This document shows, piece by piece, positions 14,505-23,969 of a DNA stretch of 64,000 nucleotides. The translations under genes and the position numbers were made by a program. The number at the start of each line of letters is the position of its first letter. The stretch's first letter is position 1. The notes under the pieces are model-generated. The model was not told the origin of the DNA. It searched no databases and worked only from the letters and a program-made list of their open reading frames with translations. The DNA lies in NCBI GenBank assembly GCA_017856055.1, contig JAFMFP010000001.1:17237-81236 (forward strand), read 5' to 3'. Source of the DNA: Fidelibacterota bacterium (GTDB taxonomy: Bacteria > Fidelibacterota > Marinisomatia > Marinisomatales > Marinisomataceae).

Positions 14505-14796
14505 GAATCTTGAGCGCTCGATACTGAATATTGCCTATGAGCTTACAATTTGAAAGCAGCTCAACACTTCCATTAACAATAACATCGCCCTCCACAAGTC
14601 CATTGATTTCCATAGATGAGCAGTTGACATTCCCGCGAATTTTTCCAATTTTAGCCAATTGAATAGCGCCCGATGTTTCTAATGATCCCTTTATTTCTCC
14701 ATAAACTGTAATATCCCCATCAAGTTTTACGTCCCCATCAATTATTACATCTTCTGCAATTATTGTTTGAGAGTTACTCATCATTATTCCTTTCAT
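14458..14796 (-). CDS. bactofilin (polymer-forming cytoskeletal protein, DUF583)
   Basis: 112 aa of repeated beta-helix-type G-D/N-V/I turns (IIDGDVKLDGDITVYGEIKGSLETSGAIQL...NGLVEGDVIVNGSVELL...IGNIQY). The start may be the ATG at 14781, which makes an ATGAGTAA overlap with the upstream stop. Confidence 0.85.
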   Translation of the reverse strand: MKGIMMSNSQTIIAEDVIIDGDVKLDGDITVYGEIKGSLETSGAIQLAKIGKIRGNVNCSSMEINGLVEGDVIVNGSVELLSNCKLIGNIQYRALKIHDGAQFSGRCDIIIE

Positions 14797-15520
14797 AATT
14801 TATATTATCTTTCTCCTCAAAATCAGGAAATAGCAAAACAGGATTCAATGCATTACCATCTTTCCAAATTTCTAGATGAAGGTGAGGCCCTGAAGCCATG
14901 CCTGATCCTCCTAGCTTAGCAATTAAATCTCCCCCTGAAACCTTATCATTTTTTTCTACAAATAACTCCTCGTTATGATAGTAATGTGAGAAATATCCGT
15001 TTTTATGATCTATAATTATAGCATGCCCGATTTCTTTAGTAAAATCACTAAAAATAACGACACCATCAGCTACAGAAAAAATCGGAGTCGAAATATCATT
15101 GACAATATCTATTCCCAAATGTTTTTTACTAGGATCAAATCTTTGACTTAAGACTCCGTTCATAGGATAGTTAGATGGCACATTACTAACTAAAATAGAT
15201 CTAATGATATTTTCATCGATATTTACCTCTTTTTCTGTTCCAATTATTGATTCTATGTAATTTTTCATAAGAACCATTTCATCAATCGTTCCAGAAAGAT
15301 TATCAATAATAGCTTTTTGTTCTGAAAGCTGTTTATTGATATTTTGAACCTTGAAATACTCCTGTACAATAGGTTTAGAAAAAATAATTAAGGTTAAAAA
15401 AATTGATAAAAATAAAAATAGTGAAGCAATTGAAACATAGAGTTCGGTTTGACTTAATTCAATTTTTAAAGTCTTCTCTTTGAATGGAGATGTAAAAATT
15501 AGTTTATATTTTTTACTCAT
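14774..15520 (-). CDS. bitopic M23 (LytM-type) metalloendopeptidase
   Basis: 248 aa. Short N-terminal tail, one TM segment (LYVSIASLFLFLSIFLTLIIF), a coiled-coil-like stretch, then an M23 domain with HLGIDI (HxxxD) and GPHLHLEI (HxH). Confidence 0.88.
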   Translation of the reverse strand: MSKKYKLIFTSPFKEKTLKIELSQTELYVSIASLFLFLSIFLTLIIFSKPIVQEYFKVQNINKQLSEQKAIIDNLSGTIDEMVLMKNYIESIIGTEKEVNIDENIIRSILVSNVPSNYPMNGVLSQRFDPSKKHLGIDIVNDISTPIFSVADGVVIFSDFTKEIGHAIIIDHKNGYFSHYYHNEELFVEKNDKVSGGDLIAKLGGSGMASGPHLHLEIWKDGNALNPVLLFPDFEEKDNINYERNNDE

Positions 15521-15526
15521 TTTACT

Positions 15527-16360
15527 TTAATCACTTTTAATAGATTTTAATTTTTCAACGACTCTATCAAATGTGACTTTGTCAAAGTAAATTTTGACAT
15601 TACCCTTACTGCTTCTATTAGAACTTATCTCTACTTTTGTTCCTATTTTCTGAGATATCTCCAATTCAAGTCTATTTAAAATTTTATTTTGCCTTTTAGG
15701 GTTTGATACAGCTTTTTCAACTTTCCTTACGGACAAATTTTCTTTTAAAATCTTTTGCCATATTAGGATCATTCCCTGTGAAGTCTTTTTTTGTAAAATT
15801 GCTCTAGCCTGACCAGCGCTAATATTACCCTCTAAAATACTTTCCTGAATTGGGTCAGGTAAATTTAATAATCTTAAAGAATTTGAAACTGCAGGACGAG
15901 ACTTTCCAACTGTCTTGGCAATATCCGTAATATTCAATGAAAATTTGCTCTGCAGATATTTAAATGCTTTAGCTTCTTCAATGGCATTTAAATCATCTCT
16001 TTGAATATTTTCAATTAAAGCCATAAACATCACATCTTCATTACTTTTTTCTTCATCCATTACATAGCATAATATTTTCTTTTTACCTAATAATTGATGT
16101 GCTCGCAATCTTCTTTCTCCTGCTATAACAATAAATTTTGATCCTTCAGGTTTAACAGTAATTGGGGAAATTAATCCCTTTTCAGCAATTGAATTAGCTA
16201 GCTCATTTAAAGATTTCTGGTCAAAAATTTTTCTTGGCTGATTGGGATTAGGAACTATTCTACTAATTAAAATATTATTTTGATCTTGAGTTGAATCATT
16301 TTGATTTGAAGTGAAAAGCGCATCAAGTCCACTCCCCATTTTTGCTTTGTTATTTTTCAT
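15527..16360 (-). CDS. parB: chromosome partitioning protein ParB
   Basis: 277 aa. GSGLDALF N-terminus, ParB box IAGERRLRA, and a helix-turn-helix (ITDIAKTVGKSRPAVSNSLRLL). Confidence 0.93.
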   Translation of the reverse strand: MKNNKAKMGSGLDALFTSNQNDSTQDQNNILISRIVPNPNQPRKIFDQKSLNELANSIAEKGLISPITVKPEGSKFIVIAGERRLRAHQLLGKKKILCYVMDEEKSNEDVMFMALIENIQRDDLNAIEEAKAFKYLQSKFSLNITDIAKTVGKSRPAVSNSLRLLNLPDPIQESILEGNISAGQARAILQKKTSQGMILIWQKILKENLSVRKVEKAVSNPKRQNKILNRLELEISQKIGTKVEISSNRSSKGNVKIYFDKVTFDRVVEKLKSIKSD

Positions 16361-17108
16361 TTATTTCCAATGCTAGGTTCATATAATCTTTAGCACCAAT
16401 ACAATCAACATCATACATAATTACAGGTCGTCCATTATCTGGTGCCTCAGCAAGCTTAACATTTCTATTAATCTTTGTTTTAAATAATTTATCTTTAAAA
16501 TGTGTTTTTAACAAACTGTCAACCTTCTTAGCCAGTTTTAATCTCTTCGAATGCATAGTTATCAGAATGCCCATTATTTTAAGCTTAGAATTAAAATTAC
16601 TTTGAACAATTTTAATTGTATCATTAAGGCTATTAAGCCCTTCAAGTGCAAAAAATTCACTCTGCAATGGTATAATAACATTATTGGATGCAACTAAAGC
16701 ATTAAGCGTTAGTAGACCTAATGAGGGCGGACAATCAATTATTATATATTCATATTTTTTATTAATCTTCTTGATTACATCAAGCAATTGATTTTGTCTG
16801 TTTTTTAGATTCACTAACTCAATCTCTGATCCAACCAGGTTTTTTTCAGATTTTATAAAATTCAAAAAATCAAGCTGAGTCTCTCCAATAGCATTATTTA
16901 TTGAAATTTTATTTGATAGAACATCATAAATAGAATAATCACTATTAAAACCAAAATTACTCAATCCACTGGTGGCATTAGCTTGGGGGTCAAAATCAAT
17001 TAATAATGTTTTTTTTTCAATAATTGCTAAGCTAGTTGCTAAGTTGATTGCTGTTGTTGTTTTACCAACACCGCCCTTTTGATTAATGATTGAAATAATT
17101 TTGCCCAT
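16350..17108 (-). CDS. parA: chromosome partitioning ATPase ParA/Soj
   Basis: 252 aa. Deviant Walker A NQKGGVGKTTT and IIIDCPPSLG. Confidence 0.93.
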   Translation of the reverse strand: MGKIISIINQKGGVGKTTTAINLATSLAIIEKKTLLIDFDPQANATSGLSNFGFNSDYSIYDVLSNKISINNAIGETQLDFLNFIKSEKNLVGSEIELVNLKNRQNQLLDVIKKINKKYEYIIIDCPPSLGLLTLNALVASNNVIIPLQSEFFALEGLNSLNDTIKIVQSNFNSKLKIMGILITMHSKRLKLAKKVDSLLKTHFKDKLFKTKINRNVKLAEAPDNGRPVIMYDVDCIGAKDYMNLALEINEK

Positions 17109-17185
17109 ATGAATGAAAAATTTAATTTTTATAATTTGTTAATACAAAGTTTTTAACTATTCTCTTACTAATCTTAAAATTTTTT

Positions 17186-18151
17186 ATGAAAACTATGCTT
17201 ATTACTGGCTTTAAAGGGGAAATTGGATCCCAAATGCTTAAAGAGCTAGTTAAAAAAAATTCTAACAATCAAATCATTGCACTTGATATAGCAGAAAAGA
17301 ATCAAAATCATACATTTAAAAATGTCGAATTTATTCAAGACTCTATCACAAATATAGATCTTTTACAATCGATATTTGAAAAACATGATATTGATGAAAT
17401 TTACCATTTCGTTGCCCTTTTAAGTCAGTCATCGAAAAAAAATCCTGAACTAGCACAGAAAATCAACGTTGATAGCACTATTTCTATTATTGACTTAGCA
17501 TATGATTTGGGATTAAAGAAAAAAAAATTTACTAAGTTTTTCTTTCCTAGTTCTATAGCAGTCTATGGTCCAAGAAAAATTGCTTTAGCATCTGAAAAAG
17601 ATATCATTAAACCAAAAAGTCTTTATGGTCTCAATAAAATAAGTATCGAACAGTACGGTACTAAAAAACATGAACAAAGTATCCTCAACTGTTCTGGAGT
17701 AGATTTTAGGTCATTGAGGTTCCCAGGTATTTTAAGTCCTTACAATATTCCTACTGGAGGAACTACTGATTATCTTCCTCAAATGTTGCATTCTGCTAAA
17801 AACGGCTTGAACTATGTTTGCCAAGTTGATAAAAAAACTACTCTACCTTTTATAACAATTGATAATGCAATCCGTGCAATTACTCAAATTATGTCCCCTA
17901 AATCAATTGAATCAAAGCTACGTTCCTTCAATGTGCAAGATTTTTCTATCTCCGCATATAATTTTGAACTTATCTTAAGAGAGATGTTTTCTGAATTTCA
18001 GATTCAATACAAAAGTAATCAAGATATGCAAAATATTGCTGACTCTTGGCCAGAAAGTTTGAACTGTGAATTAGCAATATCTTTCGGATTTTCTCCAGAT
18101 AGAGAAATAAAAAAAATAATTAACAATTTAATTAATTTAATTGATGTCTGA
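17186..18151 (+). CDS. tdh: NAD-dependent epimerase/dehydratase-fold enzyme, likely SDR-type L-threonine 3-dehydrogenase
   Basis: 321 aa. Rossmann motif MLITGFKGEIGS and YGLNK (YxxxK). It overlaps and is co-oriented with kbl, the arrangement known for SDR-type TDH. Confidence 0.65.
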   Translation: MKTMLITGFKGEIGSQMLKELVKKNSNNQIIALDIAEKNQNHTFKNVEFIQDSITNIDLLQSIFEKHDIDEIYHFVALLSQSSKKNPELAQKINVDSTISIIDLAYDLGLKKKKFTKFFFPSSIAVYGPRKIALASEKDIIKPKSLYGLNKISIEQYGTKKHEQSILNCSGVDFRSLRFPGILSPYNIPTGGTTDYLPQMLHSAKNGLNYVCQVDKKTTLPFITIDNAIRAITQIMSPKSIESKLRSFNVQDFSISAYNFELILREMFSEFQIQYKSNQDMQNIADSWPESLNCELAISFGFSPDREIKKIINNLINLIDV

Positions 18152-19322
18152 TTTAAAGAATAAAATTGAAAATCAACTTTCAGCTATGTATGAGAGCGGA
18201 ACTTACAAAAATGAAAGAATAATTGGTTCATCGCAAGAAACATCGATTTTTGTCAACAATAATGATGTATTGAATTTTTGTGCTAATAATTACTTAGGAC
18301 TAGCTAATGACATAAGAATTAAAAATGCAGCAATTCAAGCAATTAATGAGTGGGGTTATGGATTAGCTTCAGTAAGATTTATTTGCGGCACTCAAGAAAT
18401 ACATAAACTTTTGGAAAAGAGAGTGTCAAATTTTTTAAAAAAAGAGGATGCCATTCTTTACTCTTCGTGTTTTGATGCAAACGGAGGAATTTTTGAAACT
18501 ATTTTAGATGAAAATGATGCTATTTTTTCCGATGAGTTAAATCATGCATCAATTATTGATGGGATTAGACTTTGTAGAGCTCAAAAAAACAGATATAAAC
18601 ATGTTGATATGGAACATCTAGAAAGCCTTTTAAAAAAATCAACAAGTAAAACAAAGCTAATAGTAACAGATGGTGTTTTTAGTATGGATGGTAACATTGC
18701 TCCACTCAAAGAAATTACAGAATTAAGCAAAAGATATGATGCCCTGGTGATGGTTGATGATTGTCACGCAACAGGAGTTATTGGAGCAAATGGAATGGGC
18801 TCTGGATCTTATCATGGAGTACATGATAGTATTGATATTATTTCCTCAACATTTGGTAAAGCACTTGGAGGAGCTTCAGGCGGATTCATAGCATCTTCCC
18901 ATAAAATAATTGAATTATTAAGACAAAAATCTAGACCATATTTATTTTCAAATAGCATGGCACCTCCTTTAGTGTCAGCTTCAATTGAAGCATTGAATAT
19001 AATAAATAGTGATAGCTTTATTTTTGAAAGATTAAATGAGAATACAAGCTACTTTAGACAAAGAATTATTGATGCTGGTTTTGAAATTCGCGGTGATGAC
19101 CATCCAATTGTTCCAATTATGATTTATGATGCCAAAAAAGCAATGGAATTATCCAAAAAACTTCTTGAAAAAAATATTTATGTTATTGCTTTTTCATTTC
19201 CAGTAGTTCCAAAGGAAAAGGCAAGAATCCGGGTTCAATTATCTTCAGCTCATACAAAAAACCAAATTGATTTAGCGATAGATAGCTTTAAAGAATGTGC
19301 TCAAGAATTAAATATTATTTAA
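18144..19322 (+). CDS. kbl: glycine C-acetyltransferase (2-amino-3-ketobutyrate CoA ligase)
   Basis: About 392 aa of the alpha-oxoamine synthase family: NNYLGL, HASIIDG, VMVDDCHATG and the PLP-Lys region SSTFGKALGG. The track start is TTG at 18141. I prefer the ATG at 18144, which overlaps the tdh stop by 8 nt. Confidence 0.88.
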   Translation: MSDLKNKIENQLSAMYESGTYKNERIIGSSQETSIFVNNNDVLNFCANNYLGLANDIRIKNAAIQAINEWGYGLASVRFICGTQEIHKLLEKRVSNFLKKEDAILYSSCFDANGGIFETILDENDAIFSDELNHASIIDGIRLCRAQKNRYKHVDMEHLESLLKKSTSKTKLIVTDGVFSMDGNIAPLKEITELSKRYDALVMVDDCHATGVIGANGMGSGSYHGVHDSIDIISSTFGKALGGASGGFIASSHKIIELLRQKSRPYLFSNSMAPPLVSASIEALNIINSDSFIFERLNENTSYFRQRIIDAGFEIRGDDHPIVPIMIYDAKKAMELSKKLLEKNIYVIAFSFPVVPKEKARIRVQLSSAHTKNQIDLAIDSFKECAQELNII

Positions 19323-19369
19323 AAAGTTAGTAAATTTTTTCTTTATATTGTTAAATTCACCTCACAATT

Positions 19370-21145
19370 ATGAATAGCACTATTAAATCTAGATTTTTAC
19401 TGATATTATTTGTTTTTGGATTAGCGATTTATTCACTAGTTCCATCAATAAAAGTTTTAAACCTTACTGATGATAAAATTTCTCAAATGTCATCAGAAGA
19501 GTTGAATAATTTATCTTCCAAAGCTCTGAAACTTGGTCTCGACCTGAAGGGTGGTATTCACATTGTTCTAGAAGTAGATTTACCACAGTTAACTTCAAAT
19601 CTTGCAAGAAATAAGGATTCAAAATTTGAAACATTTACTACTGAGCTTGATAAAAATTATTCTATTCAAGATATAGATTTCTTTGAGTTATTTGAAGAGC
19701 AAGTTCAAAAAAGTGATTTAAAATTACAAAGATATTTTTCCGCTTTAGGTCGTACTAATGATGAGATTATTAGTCAATTATCAATAGAATCTACAGATGC
19801 ACTTAATCGAATAGTTCAGATAATTCAAAATAGAATCGATCAATTTGGAGTTTCAGAACCAAGTATTCAGAAACAAGGAAATAGTCGAGTTGTTATTGAA
19901 TTAGCTGGAATTGATAATGCTGAAAGAGCAAGAGATTTACTTCAAAGTACAGCTCTATTAGAACTCATGATTGTCAAAGATGTTGAAAATACTAATTCTC
20001 TTATTAAGCAAATTGATTTAACTCTGGATGCAATTAATTCAACTTCTTCTGATGATAATATTGATAACTTATTTTCTGGAAACAACAATTTATCCTCAAT
20101 CTTGTCTACTATAGGATCTAACTTAGCAATTCAAGTATCAAATGTTGAGAAGCTTAATAATATTCTAAATGAAGAAGATGTTAAGCAGATACTTAGAGCT
20201 ACAAACAGTACTCTTCTTTTAAGTAATAGTTCTATTATCCTTTCAGATGATTTTGAAGGTGAAGAATATTTTCTAATCTATCACTTGTATAATAATGCAG
20301 AATTATCAGGTGGAGTAATTGAAGATGCTCAAATGCGCCTAAGTCAATCTGGCGTTACAGCTGGTCAGGCAACTGTTCATATTGATATGAATGGTGATGG
20401 ATCTAGAGAATGGGCTAGAATTACAGGCGCAAATATTAACAAAAGAATTGCGATTGTATTAGATAAAAAGGTTCATATGGCCCCGGTAATTAGAAGTCAG
20501 ATTTATGGTGGACAGACCGTCATTGAAGGAATGAGCTCAATTCAAGAAGCTGAAGATATTGCTATTGTTTTAAGAGCTGGAGCTTTACCTGTTCCTGTTT
20601 CCATCGCTGAAGAAAGGACTGTCGGCGCTTCCTTAGGAGCTGATTCAGTTAGACAAGGAAGACTTTCAATAACTTTTGGACTTTTGATAGTAGTTATTTT
20701 TATAGTTGCTTATTATAGATTATCAGGTATAATTGCGAGTTTTGCTGTCCTTGGAACCTTAACTCTTTTACTTGGAGTGCTTGCTACTCTTGGAGCTACA
20801 TTAACATTGCCAGGTATTGCTGGACTTATCTTAACTGTTGGAATGTCTATTGATGCTAATGTAATTATTTTTGAAAGAATTAAAGAAGAATTGAGAATTG
20901 GAAAATCAGTAAAATCTGCTATTGATTCTGGCTATGCCAAAGCTTTATCTACAATTGTTGATGCTAACATCACAACAGGAATTGCTGCAGCAATTTTATA
21001 CCAATATGGTACTGGACCAATTAAAGGATTTGCCACAGTTCTGTTTTGGGGAATTATTGTAAGTATGTTTACATCTATAATTGTAACTAGATTCATTTAT
21101 GATTTTATAATTTCAAGAAAAAATATTCGTGAATTAAGCATATGA
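19370..21145 (+). CDS. secD: protein translocase subunit SecD
   Basis: 591 aa. N-terminal TM, a large periplasmic domain (LGLDLKGG), and a C-terminal 5-TM block with GIAGLILTVGMSIDANVIIFERIKEE. Confidence 0.95.
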   Translation: MNSTIKSRFLLILFVFGLAIYSLVPSIKVLNLTDDKISQMSSEELNNLSSKALKLGLDLKGGIHIVLEVDLPQLTSNLARNKDSKFETFTTELDKNYSIQDIDFFELFEEQVQKSDLKLQRYFSALGRTNDEIISQLSIESTDALNRIVQIIQNRIDQFGVSEPSIQKQGNSRVVIELAGIDNAERARDLLQSTALLELMIVKDVENTNSLIKQIDLTLDAINSTSSDDNIDNLFSGNNNLSSILSTIGSNLAIQVSNVEKLNNILNEEDVKQILRATNSTLLLSNSSIILSDDFEGEEYFLIYHLYNNAELSGGVIEDAQMRLSQSGVTAGQATVHIDMNGDGSREWARITGANINKRIAIVLDKKVHMAPVIRSQIYGGQTVIEGMSSIQEAEDIAIVLRAGALPVPVSIAEERTVGASLGADSVRQGRLSITFGLLIVVIFIVAYYRLSGIIASFAVLGTLTLLLGVLATLGATLTLPGIAGLILTVGMSIDANVIIFERIKEELRIGKSVKSAIDSGYAKALSTIVDANITTGIAAAILYQYGTGPIKGFATVLFWGIIVSMFTSIIVTRFIYDFIISRKNIRELSI

Positions 21146-22062
21146 TTAACTTATTTAAAGATTCAAACTATAATTTTATGAACTACAAGCGTTTTGGATT
21201 CATACTCTCAGGTTTGCTAATCATTTTATCAATTTTTAATCTGTTTTCTGGTTTAAAACTTGGAATTGACTTTAAGGGCGGATCATTGATTGGCCTTCAT
21301 TTTAACGAATCAATCTCAATTGAAGAAGTTCGAGATTCTTTGAAAAATCTTTCTTTTGAAGGAAACAGTTTTGATTTAAGTAATGAAGAAATTAAGTACT
21401 TTGGGAATGAAAATGATATTGTAATCAAAATTAAAAATTTTGAAAATCAACCAGACACCTTCCCACAATTAATTATCAACAACCTCTATGCAACATTTAA
21501 AAATAAAGTTTCAACTAAAGAAGAATTTGTATTATCATTAGGTAGCGTAAGTCCAAAAGTTGGAAGTGAGCTTTCCGGCCAAGCATTTTGGTCAATTATT
21601 TCTGCTCTTGCATTAATCCTTTTTTATGTTTCAATCCGTTTTGAATTTAAATTTGCGATTGCTGCAATCATTGCACTCGTTCATGATATCATAATAACTC
21701 TTGGAATTTTTGGATTTTCAAACTTCGAAATCACCTTAAGCACTATTGCTGCTTTTCTTACTATAGTTGGTTATTCTTTAAATGATACAATTGTGATTCT
21801 TGACAGAATCAGAGAAAATATGAAATCTTCTGGGACAGTCATGTTCGATTCAACTATTAATAAAAGCATTAACCAATCTTTGAGTAGAACTTTAATTACA
21901 TCATTAACTACTTTGCTAGTGATTATCATTCTGTTAGTTTATGGTGGAGAGATAATTAGACCATTTGCTTTTACTTTATTAGTAGGGGTTATTATCGGAA
22001 CTTATTCTAGTATTTTCATTGCAGGCTCTGCAATCTCCTCTTTTAATAATTCTTCGAAGTAA
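21142..22062 (+). CDS. secF: protein translocase subunit SecF
   Basis: 306 aa. GIDFKGG and VGYSLNDTIVILDRIREN. ATGA overlap with secD. Confidence 0.95.
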   Translation: MINLFKDSNYNFMNYKRFGFILSGLLIILSIFNLFSGLKLGIDFKGGSLIGLHFNESISIEEVRDSLKNLSFEGNSFDLSNEEIKYFGNENDIVIKIKNFENQPDTFPQLIINNLYATFKNKVSTKEEFVLSLGSVSPKVGSELSGQAFWSIISALALILFYVSIRFEFKFAIAAIIALVHDIIITLGIFGFSNFEITLSTIAAFLTIVGYSLNDTIVILDRIRENMKSSGTVMFDSTINKSINQSLSRTLITSLTTLLVIIILLVYGGEIIRPFAFTLLVGVIIGTYSSIFIAGSAISSFNNSSK

Positions 22063-22943
22063 TGGAAAGAAAAATCTTTTGGCCTTTTGTAGCCCTTTGT
22101 TTGATTTGGGGTTCAACTTGGTATTTTATAAAAGTTTCGCTAAACGCAGGAGTGCCTCCTTTTTATGGAGTAGGATTAAGGTTCCTATTTTCTGGTTTCT
22201 TATTTCTAGCATACCTTTACTACAAAAAATTAAGTATACCATTCGATAAAAAAGCTGTTATGCTTTATGCGTCTTTTGGTATTCTTAACTTTAGTCTTTC
22301 GTATGGAATAACTTATTGGGCTACTCAATATATCTATTCAAGTATCTCTTCGATAATTTGGGGCCTCTTCCCTCTTTTTACTAGTTTAATGGCTCACTTT
22401 ATGATGAAAGATCAAGCCGAAGAAAGATTAACTAAAAATAAAGTTCTAGCGCTATTAGTAGGTTTTATTGGAGTAATTATTATGTCTTCTGGTGAAGAAA
22501 TTGGAATCTCATCTGAATCTTTTATCCCAACGATTGTTTTGATAGCGGTGATTATTATAGCTGCCTATCCAAGTGTTTTATACAAAAAATATAATAAAAT
22601 TGTTGGTCCTTATCAGATGAATGCTGTTTGCCAAGTTCTCACTGGGATATTAATGTTTAGCCTTTCGTTTATTTTAAAAGAAGATACTTCTCAAATTATT
22701 TGGAACAATCAATTGATTTATGCAACTCTTTATCTAATAATTTTAGGAGGATTTATTTCTTGGGCCATTTACTTTTGGCTTTACCAATATCTTACAGTAA
22801 CACAAGTAACCTATGTTGCTATTTTTCCTCCAATTGTTGCTATAGCATTAGGTTGGATGTTTCTTGATGAAATATTAAATATCAATGAGATTTTAGGCGC
22901 AATCTTCATTCTTGGAAGCTCAATACTTATTTATAGGAAATAG
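22062..22943 (+). CDS. EamA/DMT-superfamily transporter
   Basis: 293 aa, about 10 TM segments in two EamA-like halves. Substrate unknown. Confidence 0.7.
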   Translation: MERKIFWPFVALCLIWGSTWYFIKVSLNAGVPPFYGVGLRFLFSGFLFLAYLYYKKLSIPFDKKAVMLYASFGILNFSLSYGITYWATQYIYSSISSIIWGLFPLFTSLMAHFMMKDQAEERLTKNKVLALLVGFIGVIIMSSGEEIGISSESFIPTIVLIAVIIIAAYPSVLYKKYNKIVGPYQMNAVCQVLTGILMFSLSFILKEDTSQIIWNNQLIYATLYLIILGGFISWAIYFWLYQYLTVTQVTYVAIFPPIVAIALGWMFLDEILNINEILGAIFILGSSILIYRK

Positions 22944-22970
22944 ATTCAAAATTATTATTAAATTGAATTA

Positions 22971-23597
22971 ATGGGAAAAATAAAAACATTCTTAGCTACG
23001 GGTACTGTGACAATTATACCTTTAGCATTAACAGTATATGTACTTCAATTCTTCTTTAAAATTGCTATCTCCTTTGGAGGGGCAGTTTCTCAGCCATTAG
23101 AGCAATTTGTAGATGATGCAAACTTTCCTGGATTTAAACTTCTTACTTCAATTGTTGGAATAATTATAGTAATCATTTCCTTGATTATTATTGGCTTCTT
23201 CGCAAGAAATGTATTTTTTTCAAGAATTGTCAATTGGATGGAGTCTATTTTCAAGAAAATCCCATTAATTGGAATTGTTTATTCAACTACTAGACAAATT
23301 ATGGAATCCATATCGGGTGGATCGAATAAAGAATCATTTAAGAAAGTCATTTATATTCAATACCCTAGAAAAGGTGTTTGGACATTGGGATTTGTTACTA
23401 GTGAATCTTCTAATAAGCAGGGTGAAAGTTTTTATCATCTTTTTATACCTACTACCCCAAACCCAACCTCTGGATTCTTTTTAATAGTTCCCAAAGAAGA
23501 TGTTACTCAAAGTGATATTTCTGTTGAGGAAGGTTTCAGAATGATTGTCTCTAGCGGAATGGTTGGTAGCAATCAAAATCAAATAATAAAAGACTAG
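22971..23597 (+). CDS. DUF502-family membrane protein
   Basis: 208 aa. Two N-terminal TMs, then KKIPLIGIVYSTTRQI...IQYPRKGVWTLGFVT...IPTTPNPTSGFFLIVPKEDV, the conserved DUF502 blocks as I recall them. Confidence 0.7.
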   Translation: MGKIKTFLATGTVTIIPLALTVYVLQFFFKIAISFGGAVSQPLEQFVDDANFPGFKLLTSIVGIIIVIISLIIIGFFARNVFFSRIVNWMESIFKKIPLIGIVYSTTRQIMESISGGSNKESFKKVIYIQYPRKGVWTLGFVTSESSNKQGESFYHLFIPTTPNPTSGFFLIVPKEDVTQSDISVEEGFRMIVSSGMVGSNQNQIIKD

Positions 23598-23607
23598 AAT
23601 ATAAAAA

Positions 23608-23630
23608 GGGAAGCAATGCTTCCCTTTTTA
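23608..23630. terminator. bidirectional rho-independent terminator between convergent genes
   Basis: AAAAA-GGGAAGC-aat-GCTTCCC-TTTTTA: a perfect 7-bp GC-rich stem with a 3-nt loop, an A-run on one side and a T-run on the other. Confidence 0.85.
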
Positions 23631-23662
23631 TATTATTAATGATCAAAAGATTTAGTTAAAGC

Positions 23663-23890
23663 TTAACCTCTACCTCTTGCCATTGGTGCTCTAGAAACGT
23701 CTCCATCTTTATCAATAAAATAAAGATATCCTTTTTCACGACTTACGCCAGCATCTGCTACTTTAGTTGCATTACCGCCGCCTTTACCGCCACGTGACAT
23801 ACCTGAACGCCAAACATTACCGTCTTTTCCTAGGTAATAAAGGTATCCACTTTCTTTTGAAACACCTGTACGTGCTACTTTTTCAGCCAT
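23663..23890 (-). CDS. small basic protein of unknown function built from two tandem ~31-aa repeats
   Basis: 75 aa. Residues 4-34 (KVARTGVSKESGYLYYLGKDGNVWRSGMSRG) and 43-73 (KVADAGVSREKGYLYFIDKDGDVSRAPMARG) are joined by the linker GKGGGNAT. AAGGAG lies 7 nt upstream of the ATG. The gene has its own promoter and terminator, and GGT/CGT-rich codon use. Confidence 0.75.
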   Translation of the reverse strand: MAEKVARTGVSKESGYLYYLGKDGNVWRSGMSRGGKGGGNATKVADAGVSREKGYLYFIDKDGDVSRAPMARGRG

Positions 23891-23940
23891 TTTTTACTCC
23901 TTAAAGATTGGTTAAGAATGGTTTTTTTTAAATTATTTAT

Positions 23941-23969
23941 ATTCTAATGTCATCTTTTATATAATGCAA
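23941..23969 (-). promoter_or_regulatory. sigma-70-like promoter for the 75-aa protein gene
   Basis: On the minus strand: TTGCAT, a 17-nt spacer, then TAGAAT, about 50 nt upstream of the ATG. Motif match only; AT-rich background. Confidence 0.45.
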
